This document shows positions 51,030 through 60,842 of a DNA stretch of 62,507 bases, piece after piece (the stretch's first letter is position 1; each line of letters starts with the position of its first letter). This stretch comes from an uncultured Verrucomicrobia subdivision 3 bacterium (GTDB taxonomy: Bacteria; Verrucomicrobiota; Verrucomicrobiia; Limisphaerales; UBA11358). The stretch is from the NCBI GenBank assembly GCA_903888765.1, contig CAISVF010000322.1, positions 1 through 62,507 on the forward strand, written 5' to 3'. The position numbers and the translations under genes were made by a program. A model generated the notes under the pieces. It worked only from the letters and a program-made list of their open reading frames with translations, was not told the origin of the DNA and ran no database searches.

Positions 51030-51767
51030 TCAGGAGCCCGGCCCACCCGGGAAGCGCGTGGTGCCAGCGCCTGAAGCGGGCGGACCTTCGTCATTCTGAC
51101 CAACCCCCGGCTGGTCGCCGCGCTGCCCGCGCCGCTTCGCCATCTGTTCACTCAAACCCTGGCCCGACAGACCCTGCCCTTCCTCGGGCAAACGCCGGGC
51201 CAGCAATTCGCTCATGCTCATCCGTTCCAAGCGGACGGATAATTCAAGATTGGTCTGCTGGGTTTGCGCAAACGGACTATTCCCTGCCGCAAAACCGGCT
51301 TCCGTTAATAACCGGTAATTTTGCCGTGCCAGCTCAGCCTCCTCCATCCACAAGTCGCGCCGGGCTCCCTCCAGACGCATCACCCAGGCGGCGTAGTAAT
51401 GAATCCGGCCGGCCAATTCGCGAGCCTCGCGCTGGAAATCCGGCGGCTGCTCCACAAATTGCCGGTCGGAAAGAATGCGATCCGCGCCATCAACCGCTTC
51501 CACGGCGCTGCCTTGCCGATAGCGGTTGCGAACCAACGCCAAATCCAGCCGCATCCGCGCAGCCGGGTCACTGTTGCCAATGGCGGCGGCAGCTTCATGG
51601 TAAAGGTTTTCCGCATCCGCCCAGTTTTGCTGAACCTCCGCCTGCCGGGCCTGACGGATGAGCACCCAGGTGCGATCACGCGCCAGCCACTTTTGCCCGG
51701 GACCAAAATGCCAGACAATCACCGGCAATGGCACCAACAACCAGAGCAGCAGGAGCCAGCGTTTCAT
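51030..51767 (-). CDS. Membrane-anchored TPR-like protein (BatC-like position)
   Basis: N-terminal TM helix, helical repeats and a G/Q-rich tail. It overlaps the upstream vWA gene by 4 nt. Confidence 0.65.
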   Translation of the reverse strand: MKRWLLLLWLLVPLPVIVWHFGPGQKWLARDRTWVLIRQARQAEVQQNWADAENLYHEAAAAIGNSDPAARMRLDLALVRNRYRQGSAVEAVDGADRILSDRQFVEQPPDFQREARELAGRIHYYAAWVMRLEGARRDLWMEEAELARQNYRLLTEAGFAAGNSPFAQTQQTNLELSVRLERMSMSELLARRLPEEGQGLSGQGLSEQMAKRRGQRGDQPGVGQNDEGPPASGAGTTRFPGGPGS

Positions 51768-52762
51768 TGATTTGCCTCCGGCTTTGAATTTGAGGCCACC
51801 GGTTTCCAGCCGCTACCAAACCATTCCAGCAACAGCGGCAACAAACACAGAATGGCGGTGCAAACAGCCAGCAGACCGCAGGCGAAGGTGCGAAGATTGA
51901 CTTGAAATGTATCGGCGCGAGTATCCGGCGCAATCAACTGACGCAACAATCCACTCGGGATTTGCTTGCTGTTGCCATCAAAATAATTCCCGCCCAGCCG
52001 CCGGGCCAGTTGCGTAAGTCCGGCCCCATCCTGCCGCGACTGATGGCTGTCAAGAAAGGTGCCGCGACTCGAGCTGCCAACGCCAACAATCAGGAAATCG
52101 GCAACGGCTGAAGGCAGCAAATTCAATCCGCTGGCGGCAACGGAATCGCCATCCGTCAGCACGAGGAAGGTCACGGATTTGCGGGGAAAATCTTTCACGA
52201 AGCCGCCCGCTGTATTCAGCGACTTTAGCAACGAAGTTTTGCCCGGTTTGAAGGCGATATGCAGCGGCAGGTTGTCGGCAAAATTCCAGATGAGCTCACG
52301 ATCCGAGCATTCCTTGCAAAGCAGCATCGCATCGGAGTAAAAGCAGGCCATCGAGATTTTAGTCTGGTCGCTATTGGCCCGCTCCATGACCGACTTGAGC
52401 AATACGGCGGCCCGGTTGCGACGGGATTGGGTGCCGCCAGCGCCGGCGTCCTTGATTTCCATGCTGGGGGAAACATCCAGCATCACCATCAGTTGCCGGG
52501 TGGCGGCGGCGGAGCGATCATGCATCCGGCTCGCGCCTTCAAAAGCCAGCAATATTACCAGGGACCACACCGCGCCACCGAACGCCGCCACGGATAGCGG
52601 CGGAGCGAGCACAGTCCAAAAGCGGGCTTTTGCGTCCGGCCCGAATGCCAGCCGGCCAAGCCGCGCCACGCGCCGCGCATGGAGCCACTCGGCAAGCACT
52701 CCCAGCGCCACCGCACCACATGCAGCCCATAGGGCCAGCTGGATGATTTGCTCTTTTACCAT
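51764..52762 (-). CDS. vWA domain protein (BatB-like)
   Basis: Two TM helices, MIDAS DVSPSM, LTDGD and a C-terminal TM helix. Confidence 0.85.
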   Translation of the reverse strand: MVKEQIIQLALWAACGAVALGVLAEWLHARRVARLGRLAFGPDAKARFWTVLAPPLSVAAFGGAVWSLVILLAFEGASRMHDRSAAATRQLMVMLDVSPSMEIKDAGAGGTQSRRNRAAVLLKSVMERANSDQTKISMACFYSDAMLLCKECSDRELIWNFADNLPLHIAFKPGKTSLLKSLNTAGGFVKDFPRKSVTFLVLTDGDSVAASGLNLLPSAVADFLIVGVGSSSRGTFLDSHQSRQDGAGLTQLARRLGGNYFDGNSKQIPSGLLRQLIAPDTRADTFQVNLRTFACGLLAVCTAILCLLPLLLEWFGSGWKPVASNSKPEANQ

Positions 52763-53679
52763 GGCGTGTAACGCAGCCCCAGCAAGCTAAGCCCCCAGAC
52801 AGCCGCGATCAATAATCCGGCCAGGGCCAGAGGACGATAGTAATCAACCCAATCCGAGGTCACTTGTTTGAACTTGGCTTTCTGCATGCCGTCAATTTCA
52901 TGAAACACCATCGATAACGCGCCTTGATCAGCCGCTTGAAAAACCTTTCCTGCGGTGAGCGCCGCAATCGTATAAATGCCATCCGCACCAAATCCGCCAG
53001 CGTCATTCCCAATCAGGATAGTAAACACCCGGATCCTGGCCGCAGCGAGCTGCTGGCCAATTTGCCGATCACGTCCGCCGCTAAAATCGCCGCTGCCGCC
53101 ATCGGTGATGAGGATCACCGCGCGATCCCCTTCCTTCGTGCGCACGAGGCGCTCCCGGCAACCTTCCAGCGCGCGGGCAATCAGGGTGCCGCCAAACCAG
53201 GGCAACTGGCGGGCCGACTGCACAAACGGCAAGACGTTGCGGATGGCGGAAAGCTCCTTCGTTGGCGGGAGCCAATGCAAGTATTCCGAGCCAAAAACCG
53301 TCAGGCCAAAGGCGTCGCCCTTACGATATTCACAAAATTGACGGGCGGAAGTCATGGCGGAATCAAAGCGCGTTGAACGACCGAACGGCATGGACATCGA
53401 TCCCGACATATCAAGGCAGATGATGATGTTATTCAAAATGCGCTCATCCTCCGGCGGCGCAGACCGGCGCGGACCGGCCAGCATCAGCACCGCCACCGCA
53501 AGCAGCAAGGCGGGCAGCATTTGCGCGAGATTTACCAGCGCACGCAGCTGCCGGCCTTCGCGCTGCCGGCCATAATCAAAAGGCAGGATCACGGGATGTC
53601 CGCGCCGGGTCCATTGCCAGAAAGCCCAGACCACCGGCAGCCCGAGCAACCAGAGCACCCATGGATGATGAAAACTCAA
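52756..53679 (-). CDS. vWA domain protein (BatA-like)
   Basis: A TTG start overlaps the upstream stop. SFHHPWVLWLL is a BatA-type N-terminus, with DMSGSM, GGT and ITDG. Confidence 0.85.
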   Translation of the reverse strand: MSFHHPWVLWLLGLPVVWAFWQWTRRGHPVILPFDYGRQREGRQLRALVNLAQMLPALLLAVAVLMLAGPRRSAPPEDERILNNIIICLDMSGSMSMPFGRSTRFDSAMTSARQFCEYRKGDAFGLTVFGSEYLHWLPPTKELSAIRNVLPFVQSARQLPWFGGTLIARALEGCRERLVRTKEGDRAVILITDGGSGDFSGGRDRQIGQQLAAARIRVFTILIGNDAGGFGADGIYTIAALTAGKVFQAADQGALSMVFHEIDGMQKAKFKQVTSDWVDYYRPLALAGLLIAAVWGLSLLGLRYTPW

Positions 53680-54512
53680 GTCGCACCCCCCGTCAGGGCC
53701 GCCGGTGCCGGCAAATGCCGATACGGTTCCAACAGCGCACTCACCTCTGCTGCTGAAGCACCGGCTCGCTGGTGCAACCAGTGTTCCAGCGCGCGTAAAA
53801 ATTCGCCAGCCTGCGCATGGCCCCTCAGATAGACGAGCGCATCCGCCATGCGCTGATCGGGCAGATTTAATTTCTCCCGCCAGAAACCGATAAATAAGCG
53901 CTCGAGCTGCGCCTGGCCGTCCAGCGACAGTTTGCCCGCGGCAGCGGCTTCCACCAGCGGACCCATGCGCTGGGCAAAGGATGACTCGGGCAATCTCGTT
54001 ACTGGTACCACCACGAGGCGTTTTTTCCGATACGACCAGATGAAAATCCCGATCCCACCCACCCATGCCGCCCCCAGCGAACCCAGAAAGACCCGATAGC
54101 CGCCAAGGAATGGAAATTGCCCGGGCGTGAACGACGTGAGTTGACCACTGTGGCTTTCGGGCAACACGGCCGCCACGCGAATCCGGAACGTGCCGAGCTC
54201 CCCGGGGCGGCTACCATCGGGATAGACCAGATAATCGGACAGCTGATAATCGCCCGGCTCCATGCCAATATAAGAAAAATTGTAACGCTGTCGGTGGTCA
54301 GCGGTCGCACTGACAGATTCAATGCGCAAAATCAATTCCGTGCGGTCATCCAGCGGCAACAAACGATAGTCAGGCCGGGGTAAATCCAGCATGATGCGCC
54401 CTTCAATCCCGATGGCATGCCCGGCTCCGGCTCCATTGGTCGCCTGGGAAAATCCAGAATTAGCGGCCAGAAACAGTAACGCAGGCAACCATAGATAGCA
54501 CCGACAGGTCAT
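53676..54512 (-). CDS. Hypothetical membrane protein of the MoxR/Bat operon
   Basis: Signal peptide, beta-rich domain and central TM helix. It is translationally coupled on both sides. Confidence 0.7.
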   Translation of the reverse strand: MTCRCYLWLPALLFLAANSGFSQATNGAGAGHAIGIEGRIMLDLPRPDYRLLPLDDRTELILRIESVSATADHRQRYNFSYIGMEPGDYQLSDYLVYPDGSRPGELGTFRIRVAAVLPESHSGQLTSFTPGQFPFLGGYRVFLGSLGAAWVGGIGIFIWSYRKKRLVVVPVTRLPESSFAQRMGPLVEAAAAGKLSLDGQAQLERLFIGFWREKLNLPDQRMADALVYLRGHAQAGEFLRALEHWLHQRAGASAAEVSALLEPYRHLPAPAALTGGAT

Positions 54513-55378
54513 CCCATCCTCCTGGTTCCACCCCGCGATTTCATGAAATGACGCAGGCGCGGCAATACCGGCTGGTCGGTGCGCAGGTGCAAATAATCCA
54601 CGCCGGCGCGAGGCAACGCGTGGGCTTCAGCGTCGCCAAACCAGCGACTTTTTCCATGGGCAACAAAAGCCCGCCCGGTTTCCGCCTCGACCGCGCGATA
54701 AATTCCGCCACCGGTCTGGCCACGCTCCGCCGGGTCTTCGAAGTGCAGGATCATGCAGTCATGCTCGTGGGCCATGAGCTTAATGGCGGGGATGGCATCG
54801 AGATCATGCAAGTCGCTCAACACAATAAACAGGCAGCGCTGTTCGACACGCGGAATCAGCTCACGGATGCGGCGACCCAGGGTCGTCCCTTCAACCAAGT
54901 GATAGCGCCGGAGCTGATGCATCCATTGCATAACCGAATTGCGCGCCAGCGTCGGCGGATGGTGCAGGCTGCGTTCCCCCACGGTCATCAAACCAACAGG
55001 ATTCATGTGATCGACAGCGGCCAGGGCAAGGCCGCCGGCTATCTGCACCGCCCAGGCGTATTTGCTCAGGCGCTGCGAGGAAACACACATGGAGGCCGAG
55101 GTATCCAGCAGCAAATAAACCGGCATCTGGCGGGGCGCCTCGTATTCCTTGACGTGAAATTTCCCCGTCCGCCCCGTCATCCGCCAATCAATGAACTTCA
55201 CCGGGTCGCCCGGCTGATAAAGCCGCGATTGGACATACTCAATGCCCGCACCGAGAAACGGCGAGCTTTCCTGACCATAGCTCAGCGCATTGGCCAGCCG
55301 ACGCACCGCCAGCTCGAACTGGCGGGCGTCGAGCGGGTCATGCGGGGGTTGGGCGGCCGGGTTCATGGGGATCACCAC
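54509..55378 (-). CDS. DUF58 domain protein
   Basis: GAGIEY..SRLYQPGDPVKFIDWRMT, LLDTSASM and LSDL. Confidence 0.9.
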   Translation of the reverse strand: MVIPMNPAAQPPHDPLDARQFELAVRRLANALSYGQESSPFLGAGIEYVQSRLYQPGDPVKFIDWRMTGRTGKFHVKEYEAPRQMPVYLLLDTSASMCVSSQRLSKYAWAVQIAGGLALAAVDHMNPVGLMTVGERSLHHPPTLARNSVMQWMHQLRRYHLVEGTTLGRRIRELIPRVEQRCLFIVLSDLHDLDAIPAIKLMAHEHDCMILHFEDPAERGQTGGGIYRAVEAETGRAFVAHGKSRWFGDAEAHALPRAGVDYLHLRTDQPVLPRLRHFMKSRGGTRRMG

Positions 55379-55444
55379 GCGGGGTCTTTAAACCATGCGG
55401 ACAGAAATAAATACGAATGAGGCAGCTGCATTCGCGGGTGGGGT

Positions 55445-56416
55445 TCAACCAAGTTTCTGCAGGATTTCTTCCAGCACCTGCGCCGGTTTACGGCCTTCGG
55501 CCAAGGCTTCGTAGCTCAAGCGGATACGGTGCAGCACCACATCTTCGGCCAGCTGAAACAAATCCTCCGGCACCACATAATCGCGCCCAAAGACATATGC
55601 GCGCGCGCGCGCCGCCTGAACAACGGACAAACCGGCGCGCGGCGAACAGCCCAGCTCGATATTCGGATGCGTGCGCGTAAGCCGGACAAATTCCACACAA
55701 TGTTTCATGAACACGTCGCTGACATGCACCTGCTGGACCGTTTCCATGGCCTTCGTTAAATCTTCCAGATGACAGACCGGTTCACCCGCAATCATGTCAA
55801 ACGCGGTCTTGGGCATGGCGCCGGCTTCTGTGCGCTTCAGTCCCATGTTGACCTGCCGGCGCAAGACTTCCTCCTCCTGAACCGCCGTCGGGTAAGTCAG
55901 CCGGTGGCACAACATGAAACGGTCCAGTTGCGCTTCGGGCAATTCAAACGTGCCGGCCTGTTCAATCGGATTCTGCGTGGCAATCACAAGAAACGGCACG
56001 GGCAGCGGGTAACTCGCATTACCGATGGTGACCTTGCGTTCCTGCATGGCTTCGAGCAAAGCGCTTTGCACCTTGGGCGCAGCGCGGTTGATTTCATCGG
56101 CCAGCAGCAGGTTGGTGAACACGGGGCCCTGATGCGTGCGGAATTTACCCGTGGCCTGATCCAGCAATTCCGAGCCCAGGATATCTGAGGGCAGCATATC
56201 GATAGTGAACTGCACGCGGCTGAATTTGAGATCCACCGCCCGCGCCAGCGCATTTACCAGCAAGGTTTTGGCGATGCCCGGGACGCCCAGCAATAGCAAA
56301 TGGCCACCGGTCAGCAGAGCAATCATCATGCGCTCCACCACGGTATCCTGGCCGACAACGACTTCCGCAACCCGCTCACGCACGGCCGGAACAAAATGAC
56401 GATGGTTATGCTTCAT
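55445..56416 (-). CDS. moxR: MoxR-family AAA+ ATPase
   Basis: GVPGIAKT, LADEINRAAPKVQSALLEAMQE, ATQNPIE and LPEAQLDRF. Confidence 0.93.
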   Translation of the reverse strand: MKHNHRHFVPAVRERVAEVVVGQDTVVERMMIALLTGGHLLLLGVPGIAKTLLVNALARAVDLKFSRVQFTIDMLPSDILGSELLDQATGKFRTHQGPVFTNLLLADEINRAAPKVQSALLEAMQERKVTIGNASYPLPVPFLVIATQNPIEQAGTFELPEAQLDRFMLCHRLTYPTAVQEEEVLRRQVNMGLKRTEAGAMPKTAFDMIAGEPVCHLEDLTKAMETVQQVHVSDVFMKHCVEFVRLTRTHPNIELGCSPRAGLSVVQAARARAYVFGRDYVVPEDLFQLAEDVVLHRIRLSYEALAEGRKPAQVLEEILQKLG

Positions 56417-56558
56417 AAAATCAATAAGAGGACAAAATCATTGAGACAATCTTCCACCAGCTGCGCAAATGATAATGACCATTCTACCCTGGCCTGGCAA
56501 TGCCGGTTTTAATCCAGGTCCCGGGCCGGCGGGCAAGCATGGCGGCACCGGCCAAAGG

Positions 56559-57980
56559 CTATGGGCTAGCGGCGCCGGCAGTCCGGCTCGGGCGGGGCAC
56601 CGGCATTTGGGCCCCGACCTCCTTGAGCCACGCATCCAGCCGGGCACTTAATTCCAGCCGTTGGCCGGGCTGGGCTGCCGCCAGGTCGTTTTTTTCTGAC
56701 AGGTCGGAGGCCAGATCGTAAAGCTCCTCGCGGCCCGTTTCGTAAAAGCGGATCAGCTTCCAATCGCCGACACAGGCGACGCTGTAGGGTGAAATTTTTC
56801 CACCATTCCAATAGTGCGGATAATGCCAGAACAATTCCCGGTGCGGCGGCAGCCGGTCTCCGCGCAGCAACGGCACCAAGCTCACGCCATCCAACGCGGT
56901 CCGGCTGGCAAATTTTTCAGCGCCAACCAGTTCGAGCAGCGTGGGGAAAAAATCCATCGTGATGACCGGGAGCTCGCAAACGGTTCCGGCGCGCGTCACG
57001 CCCGGCAGATTGACGAGCAGCGGCACGCGCAACCCGCCTTCGTAGGCCGAGCCTTTGCCATTGCGCAGCGGATAATTGGAAGTGGCCGCCGGCTGGCCAA
57101 AATGGACGGCTCCGCCATTGTCGGAAGTGAAAATCACGAGGGTGTTTTCCGTCAAATGCAATTCCGCCAGCTTTTTGACAATGCGCCCGACACTATCATC
57201 CACACTTTTCAGCATGGCGGCATAAACCACATTGCTTTGACCGTCGGCGCCGGGCCGGTCGGCGACGGCATCTATCAATTCCGGTTTGCCCATGAGGGGT
57301 GCATGAACGGCATAATGGCAGAAGTTGAGGTAAAATGGTTTGTCCTGATTCGCCTCAATAAATTGCAGCGCCTCGTCCGTCAGCTGGTCAGTTAAATAAT
57401 CACCCGCGTGCCCACCGCGCGCCGCCAGACCGGGAACGCGATTAGGTTGATTCGTCCCGCCATACGGCCAGAAATAGGATGCGGGATGGCCGGTTTCGCC
57501 ACCGGCAATATTGGTGTCAAAACCCTGATGCTGCGGCAGATAGTCACCGCCCCCGAGATGCCATTTGCCCAGATGCGCTGTGGCGTAGCCGCGGTTTTTG
57601 AGCGCGGTCGCCAGCGTGGTTTCTGCCAGCGGCAACTGTTGCTGCCAGTCGGGAATTTTAAAACGGCTGTTCTTGGGCGCGCCTTCGCCGGCAATCCAAT
57701 CCGTGAGGTGGAGCCGCGCGGGATATTTTCCGGTCATCAAAGCCGCCCGCGTTGGCGAGCACACGGCGCAGGCCGCATAGGCCCGGGTAAACCGCATGCC
57801 GCTGGCGGCCAGTGCATCAATGTGAGGAGTCTGATAAAAGCGACTGCCAAAACAACCGCCGTCGGCCCACCCCATGTCATCAATCAGGAGGAAGACGATG
57901 TTCGGCATTTTGGCCAACACATCAGCCTGCTGGCTGGCGATCAGCCATCCCAAGGCCAGCCATCGAATTGTTCGTTTCAT
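56559..57980 (-). CDS. Sulfatase (S1; arylsulfatase/GALNS-like)
   Basis: DDMGW, CSPTR, GKWHLG, SDNGG and WHYPHY. Confidence 0.93.
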   Translation of the reverse strand: MKRTIRWLALGWLIASQQADVLAKMPNIVFLLIDDMGWADGGCFGSRFYQTPHIDALAASGMRFTRAYAACAVCSPTRAALMTGKYPARLHLTDWIAGEGAPKNSRFKIPDWQQQLPLAETTLATALKNRGYATAHLGKWHLGGGDYLPQHQGFDTNIAGGETGHPASYFWPYGGTNQPNRVPGLAARGGHAGDYLTDQLTDEALQFIEANQDKPFYLNFCHYAVHAPLMGKPELIDAVADRPGADGQSNVVYAAMLKSVDDSVGRIVKKLAELHLTENTLVIFTSDNGGAVHFGQPAATSNYPLRNGKGSAYEGGLRVPLLVNLPGVTRAGTVCELPVITMDFFPTLLELVGAEKFASRTALDGVSLVPLLRGDRLPPHRELFWHYPHYWNGGKISPYSVACVGDWKLIRFYETGREELYDLASDLSEKNDLAAAQPGQRLELSARLDAWLKEVGAQMPVPRPSRTAGAASP

Positions 57981-58380
57981 ATTATACGTGAGGTGAACTG
58001 GTTAAGTATCGGCTGCTCAAGGCGGGTTCGTCCACTCCCAATTGAACCCCGGTCCTTTAAAAGGCTCCTGATGCCGAGGAGGGCCGGCGTGATTTCTAGC
58101 TGATACGGTTGCTCCGCAGTGCAGGCGGCCCCGCTTGCCGGGGAACATCCGAACGAATTAAGATAATAATTTATTATAATTAATATTGTTTATAATCACG
58201 CGGATTTGGCGATCGATTATCCGGGGCGATTCCGGTTTTCCCGGGCAGTCATAGGCTACCGCTACCGGGTCGGAAAAGTTTCAGTCCCTGTTTTCTAACC
58301 GCTTTTCCCGGGTTTTGCCTCTCCGGAGTGGAGTAAATATGACGATGCTTTTTTTATGGGTATTTTTAAGCTCGATAAAT

Positions 58381-58420
58381 GGCGGGTTTTGGCGGGTTTT
58401 GGCGCATTATGGCGGGTTTT
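58381..58420 (+). repeat. 10-bp tandem repeat (ggcgggtttt x4, one copy degenerate)
   Basis: ggcgggtttt ggcgggtttt ggcgcattat ggcgggtttt. Confidence 0.8.
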
Positions 58421-58560
58421 TGCGCGTCGTTTTTTTGCGCGCCAGGTTAAAAATACCTTTTTCCTATATTTCTGCTCAACAGCCATAAACTGCCGCTACC
58501 AGGGTTGCAGAACGGCAAAACTTTATTTTCACCCAAGTCTTTTGGGATTTGGCCCTCTGG

Positions 58561-58600
58561 AGATGACCAGAGATGACTAAAGATGACCAAACGTGACCGA
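58561..58600 (+). repeat. 10-bp tandem repeat (agatgaccaa-like x4)
   Basis: agatgaccag agatgactaa agatgaccaa acgtgaccga. Confidence 0.8.
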
Positions 58601-59011
58601 AAATTAAATTTTCCGGTTTTTGGTCGGCTCCAGCACCCCGAAAAGGCACTAAAGGTGAATCCGCTTTGGCGAGGCGTCAATTATCAAGCGAGGATGGCAG
58701 GACGGCAGGACGGAAAATTCCGTTCCTGTGTTCCAGCACAGAAAGGCCATGCGAAAAGTTCGGAAACCCGGAACCGCCCAAGGTGGTTCCGGTTGTCAAA
58801 GATCGAGTTTGAGCCTTAATCGAAAAGTCCGGATGCCTTCAAAAATTCCAACTGTAAAAGGCGGTTCGGACACATCGAACAGAATCCAATAATGACGACA
58901 CGAAGATACCACAAAGCCAATCCGCAGGCCAATTTTTTTGAAATCGTTTTGGGCGAAGGATCCGGGGTGATTTGCTGCGAGTGGAGATTCCTGATAGGTT
59001 TAAACCATTGC

Positions 59012-59467
59012 ATGATTTTCATTTCCCGCATCTACATAATGGTTTGGTGCGCCGGGTTGATCGCCTGGTGCTCCGCATGTTCCACGATGCATCCGGAGTT
59101 CAAGGCCAATTCCAATGCCGATGTCATCCAAGGCACTGGCGGGGAGATGCATCCGGCAGGTAATGGCATTGAAGTTTACACCGTGGGATCGCCCGCCCGA
59201 AAATACCGGGTGGTTGGCACGGTCGAGATGGCGCGGTCCAAGCAGCAGCATCCCGGATTTTTAAGGGATTTGACCGCAGGCAGCCTGAAAAGCGATCCGG
59301 ACATGGAAGATGCCCTGGTGGAACAGGCTAAAAAGCAGGGTGGCGATGCGGTGATCCTGGCACCGCCGGAACGGGTGGCAGGGGCCGCAAATCCGGATGC
59401 CGGTTTTGCTGCCCCGGAGATCCAGTGGCGTCACACCAAAGCCTACGTACTGCAATTTGTAAATTAA
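59012..59467 (+). CDS. Putative lipoprotein (YbjQ-like C-terminal motif)
   Basis: Hydrophobic N-terminus with CSAC and QAKKQGGDAVI. The start codon is uncertain. Confidence 0.6.
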   Translation: MIFISRIYIMVWCAGLIAWCSACSTMHPEFKANSNADVIQGTGGEMHPAGNGIEVYTVGSPARKYRVVGTVEMARSKQQHPGFLRDLTAGSLKSDPDMEDALVEQAKKQGGDAVILAPPERVAGAANPDAGFAAPEIQWRHTKAYVLQFVN

Positions 59468-59607
59468 TGGCCAAAGTGGCACAAGGTGCCGGCAAAGTTC
59501 CGGCCCGCCTTCATTTTGGAGGCTGAAGCGGCGTGAACGCCGCGACCCGCTTGCGCCCCCGTTTTCCCCTGGCGTCTCCGGGTTGAAATATTGCATTCCG
59601 TCACATT

Positions 59608-60450
59608 TCAGAAAAACCCGGTGCCATTATGGTGGCGGTCCGGTTCTCCGGGCGGTCCGTCCCCTGAGCGGATTTCGCGATGCCCCGCGCCGCCCGCGCT
59701 CCAGTTGCTTTCCCGGGCAGCCAATTCAGCGAGCAAGGCAGCCTGGCTGGCATAGCGGGTAAAACCAGCGGGCATTTGAAACCATTCCTCCGGCAGGGGT
59801 TGCGCCCGGGCTCCCGCCAACAGCAAACGGCAACCCGAGGTTCCATCCAAGGAAACGACTTGCGATGGCAAATACGGGGGCGTTTTTGAGGTGGACGCTT
59901 GAACCGTTTGCTTCTCACCCGCAGCATTGGCCGCAACGACTTCCACCAGCCCGGCACCGGGACGTTCGCCGGAAGTTTTAGCGAGGATATTGGTGAACCG
60001 TCCTGAGCCATCCAAGGCGGCGCAGCCTTGCAAAGCCTCGCAAAAAAACCAACCGCTGCAGGTTTGGGCATCCCAAATGACCCCGAACTGGTTGGCCGAG
60101 TCCGCCTTGGATTTTCCCAAAGTCATTTCCAAACGAAGGCACTGCTCCCGCACCAACAGCCGGGCGTGCCAGGGTTCGGTTGCCTGGCCGGTGGCGTTCC
60201 AGGCAACGGTGGCCTCGGCGGTATAACTGCGGCTGTTCGTTAAACAAATCCCCGCCGGCCCGGTGAGCACTCCGGTCAGTTGCGGCAATACCAGGCCCAT
60301 ATCCGATTCTATTTGCACGATGGCGGAGGGATGGTGCGCACACCCGGAGCTCAAAGACATTATTAACGCCAGCCCCGGAACGATCAGGCCGAGGCTTCGC
60401 CAGCGGCGCAACGTGCCAAAAGCCAAGGGGCGAAGATTTATCCACATCAC
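59608..60450 (-). CDS. Hypothetical lipoprotein
   Basis: SSGC lipobox-like motif after a hydrophobic stretch, and a C-terminal FQMPAGF. Confidence 0.55.
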   Translation of the reverse strand: MMWINLRPLAFGTLRRWRSLGLIVPGLALIMSLSSGCAHHPSAIVQIESDMGLVLPQLTGVLTGPAGICLTNSRSYTAEATVAWNATGQATEPWHARLLVREQCLRLEMTLGKSKADSANQFGVIWDAQTCSGWFFCEALQGCAALDGSGRFTNILAKTSGERPGAGLVEVVAANAAGEKQTVQASTSKTPPYLPSQVVSLDGTSGCRLLLAGARAQPLPEEWFQMPAGFTRYASQAALLAELAARESNWSAGGAGHREIRSGDGPPGEPDRHHNGTGFF

Positions 60451-60644
60451 TTTCTAATACCACGTCCATAGGACCAGATGCAAGCGGCCCTAACTTAACT
60501 TTTGCTATAGGGAACCAGTGATTTAACCACGGATGGACACGGATAAAAGCAGGGGAGAAAGTCCGTCGCACTCCGGAAGATTGATGGTGGGCGGAGAGGT
60601 GTGACTTGATGGGGAGGAGGACCTCCTGACCAGCCCGCGTTGTG

Positions 60645-60685
60645 CCAAAGCGCCAGGGGGCTGACGCAGTCCAAGTCGCGGCGCG
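60645..60685. repeat. REP-like short palindrome
   Basis: ccaaagcgccagggggctgacgcagtccaagtcgcggcgcg is an intergenic hairpin. Confidence 0.35.
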
Positions 60686-60842
60686 AGGCGCGCAAGCGAA
60701 TAAGGTGGCTAGAAACCGCAAGCAAGCTGTTGGAATACAAATACCGTAATAAAGGTGTTTATTTTGTTTGTGGATGGCGACGTTTTCCCAGTATGGTTAT
60801 AAATATTTTTAATTCATCCAGCCAATCATGTGCAAACATCCT

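Noticed and set aside
60525-60545. accacggatggacacggat short repeat (and aaccgcgaaa-type motifs near 32625-32730)
   Set aside because: They resemble common short dispersed intergenic repeats. They are too short and isolated here to support a functional call.
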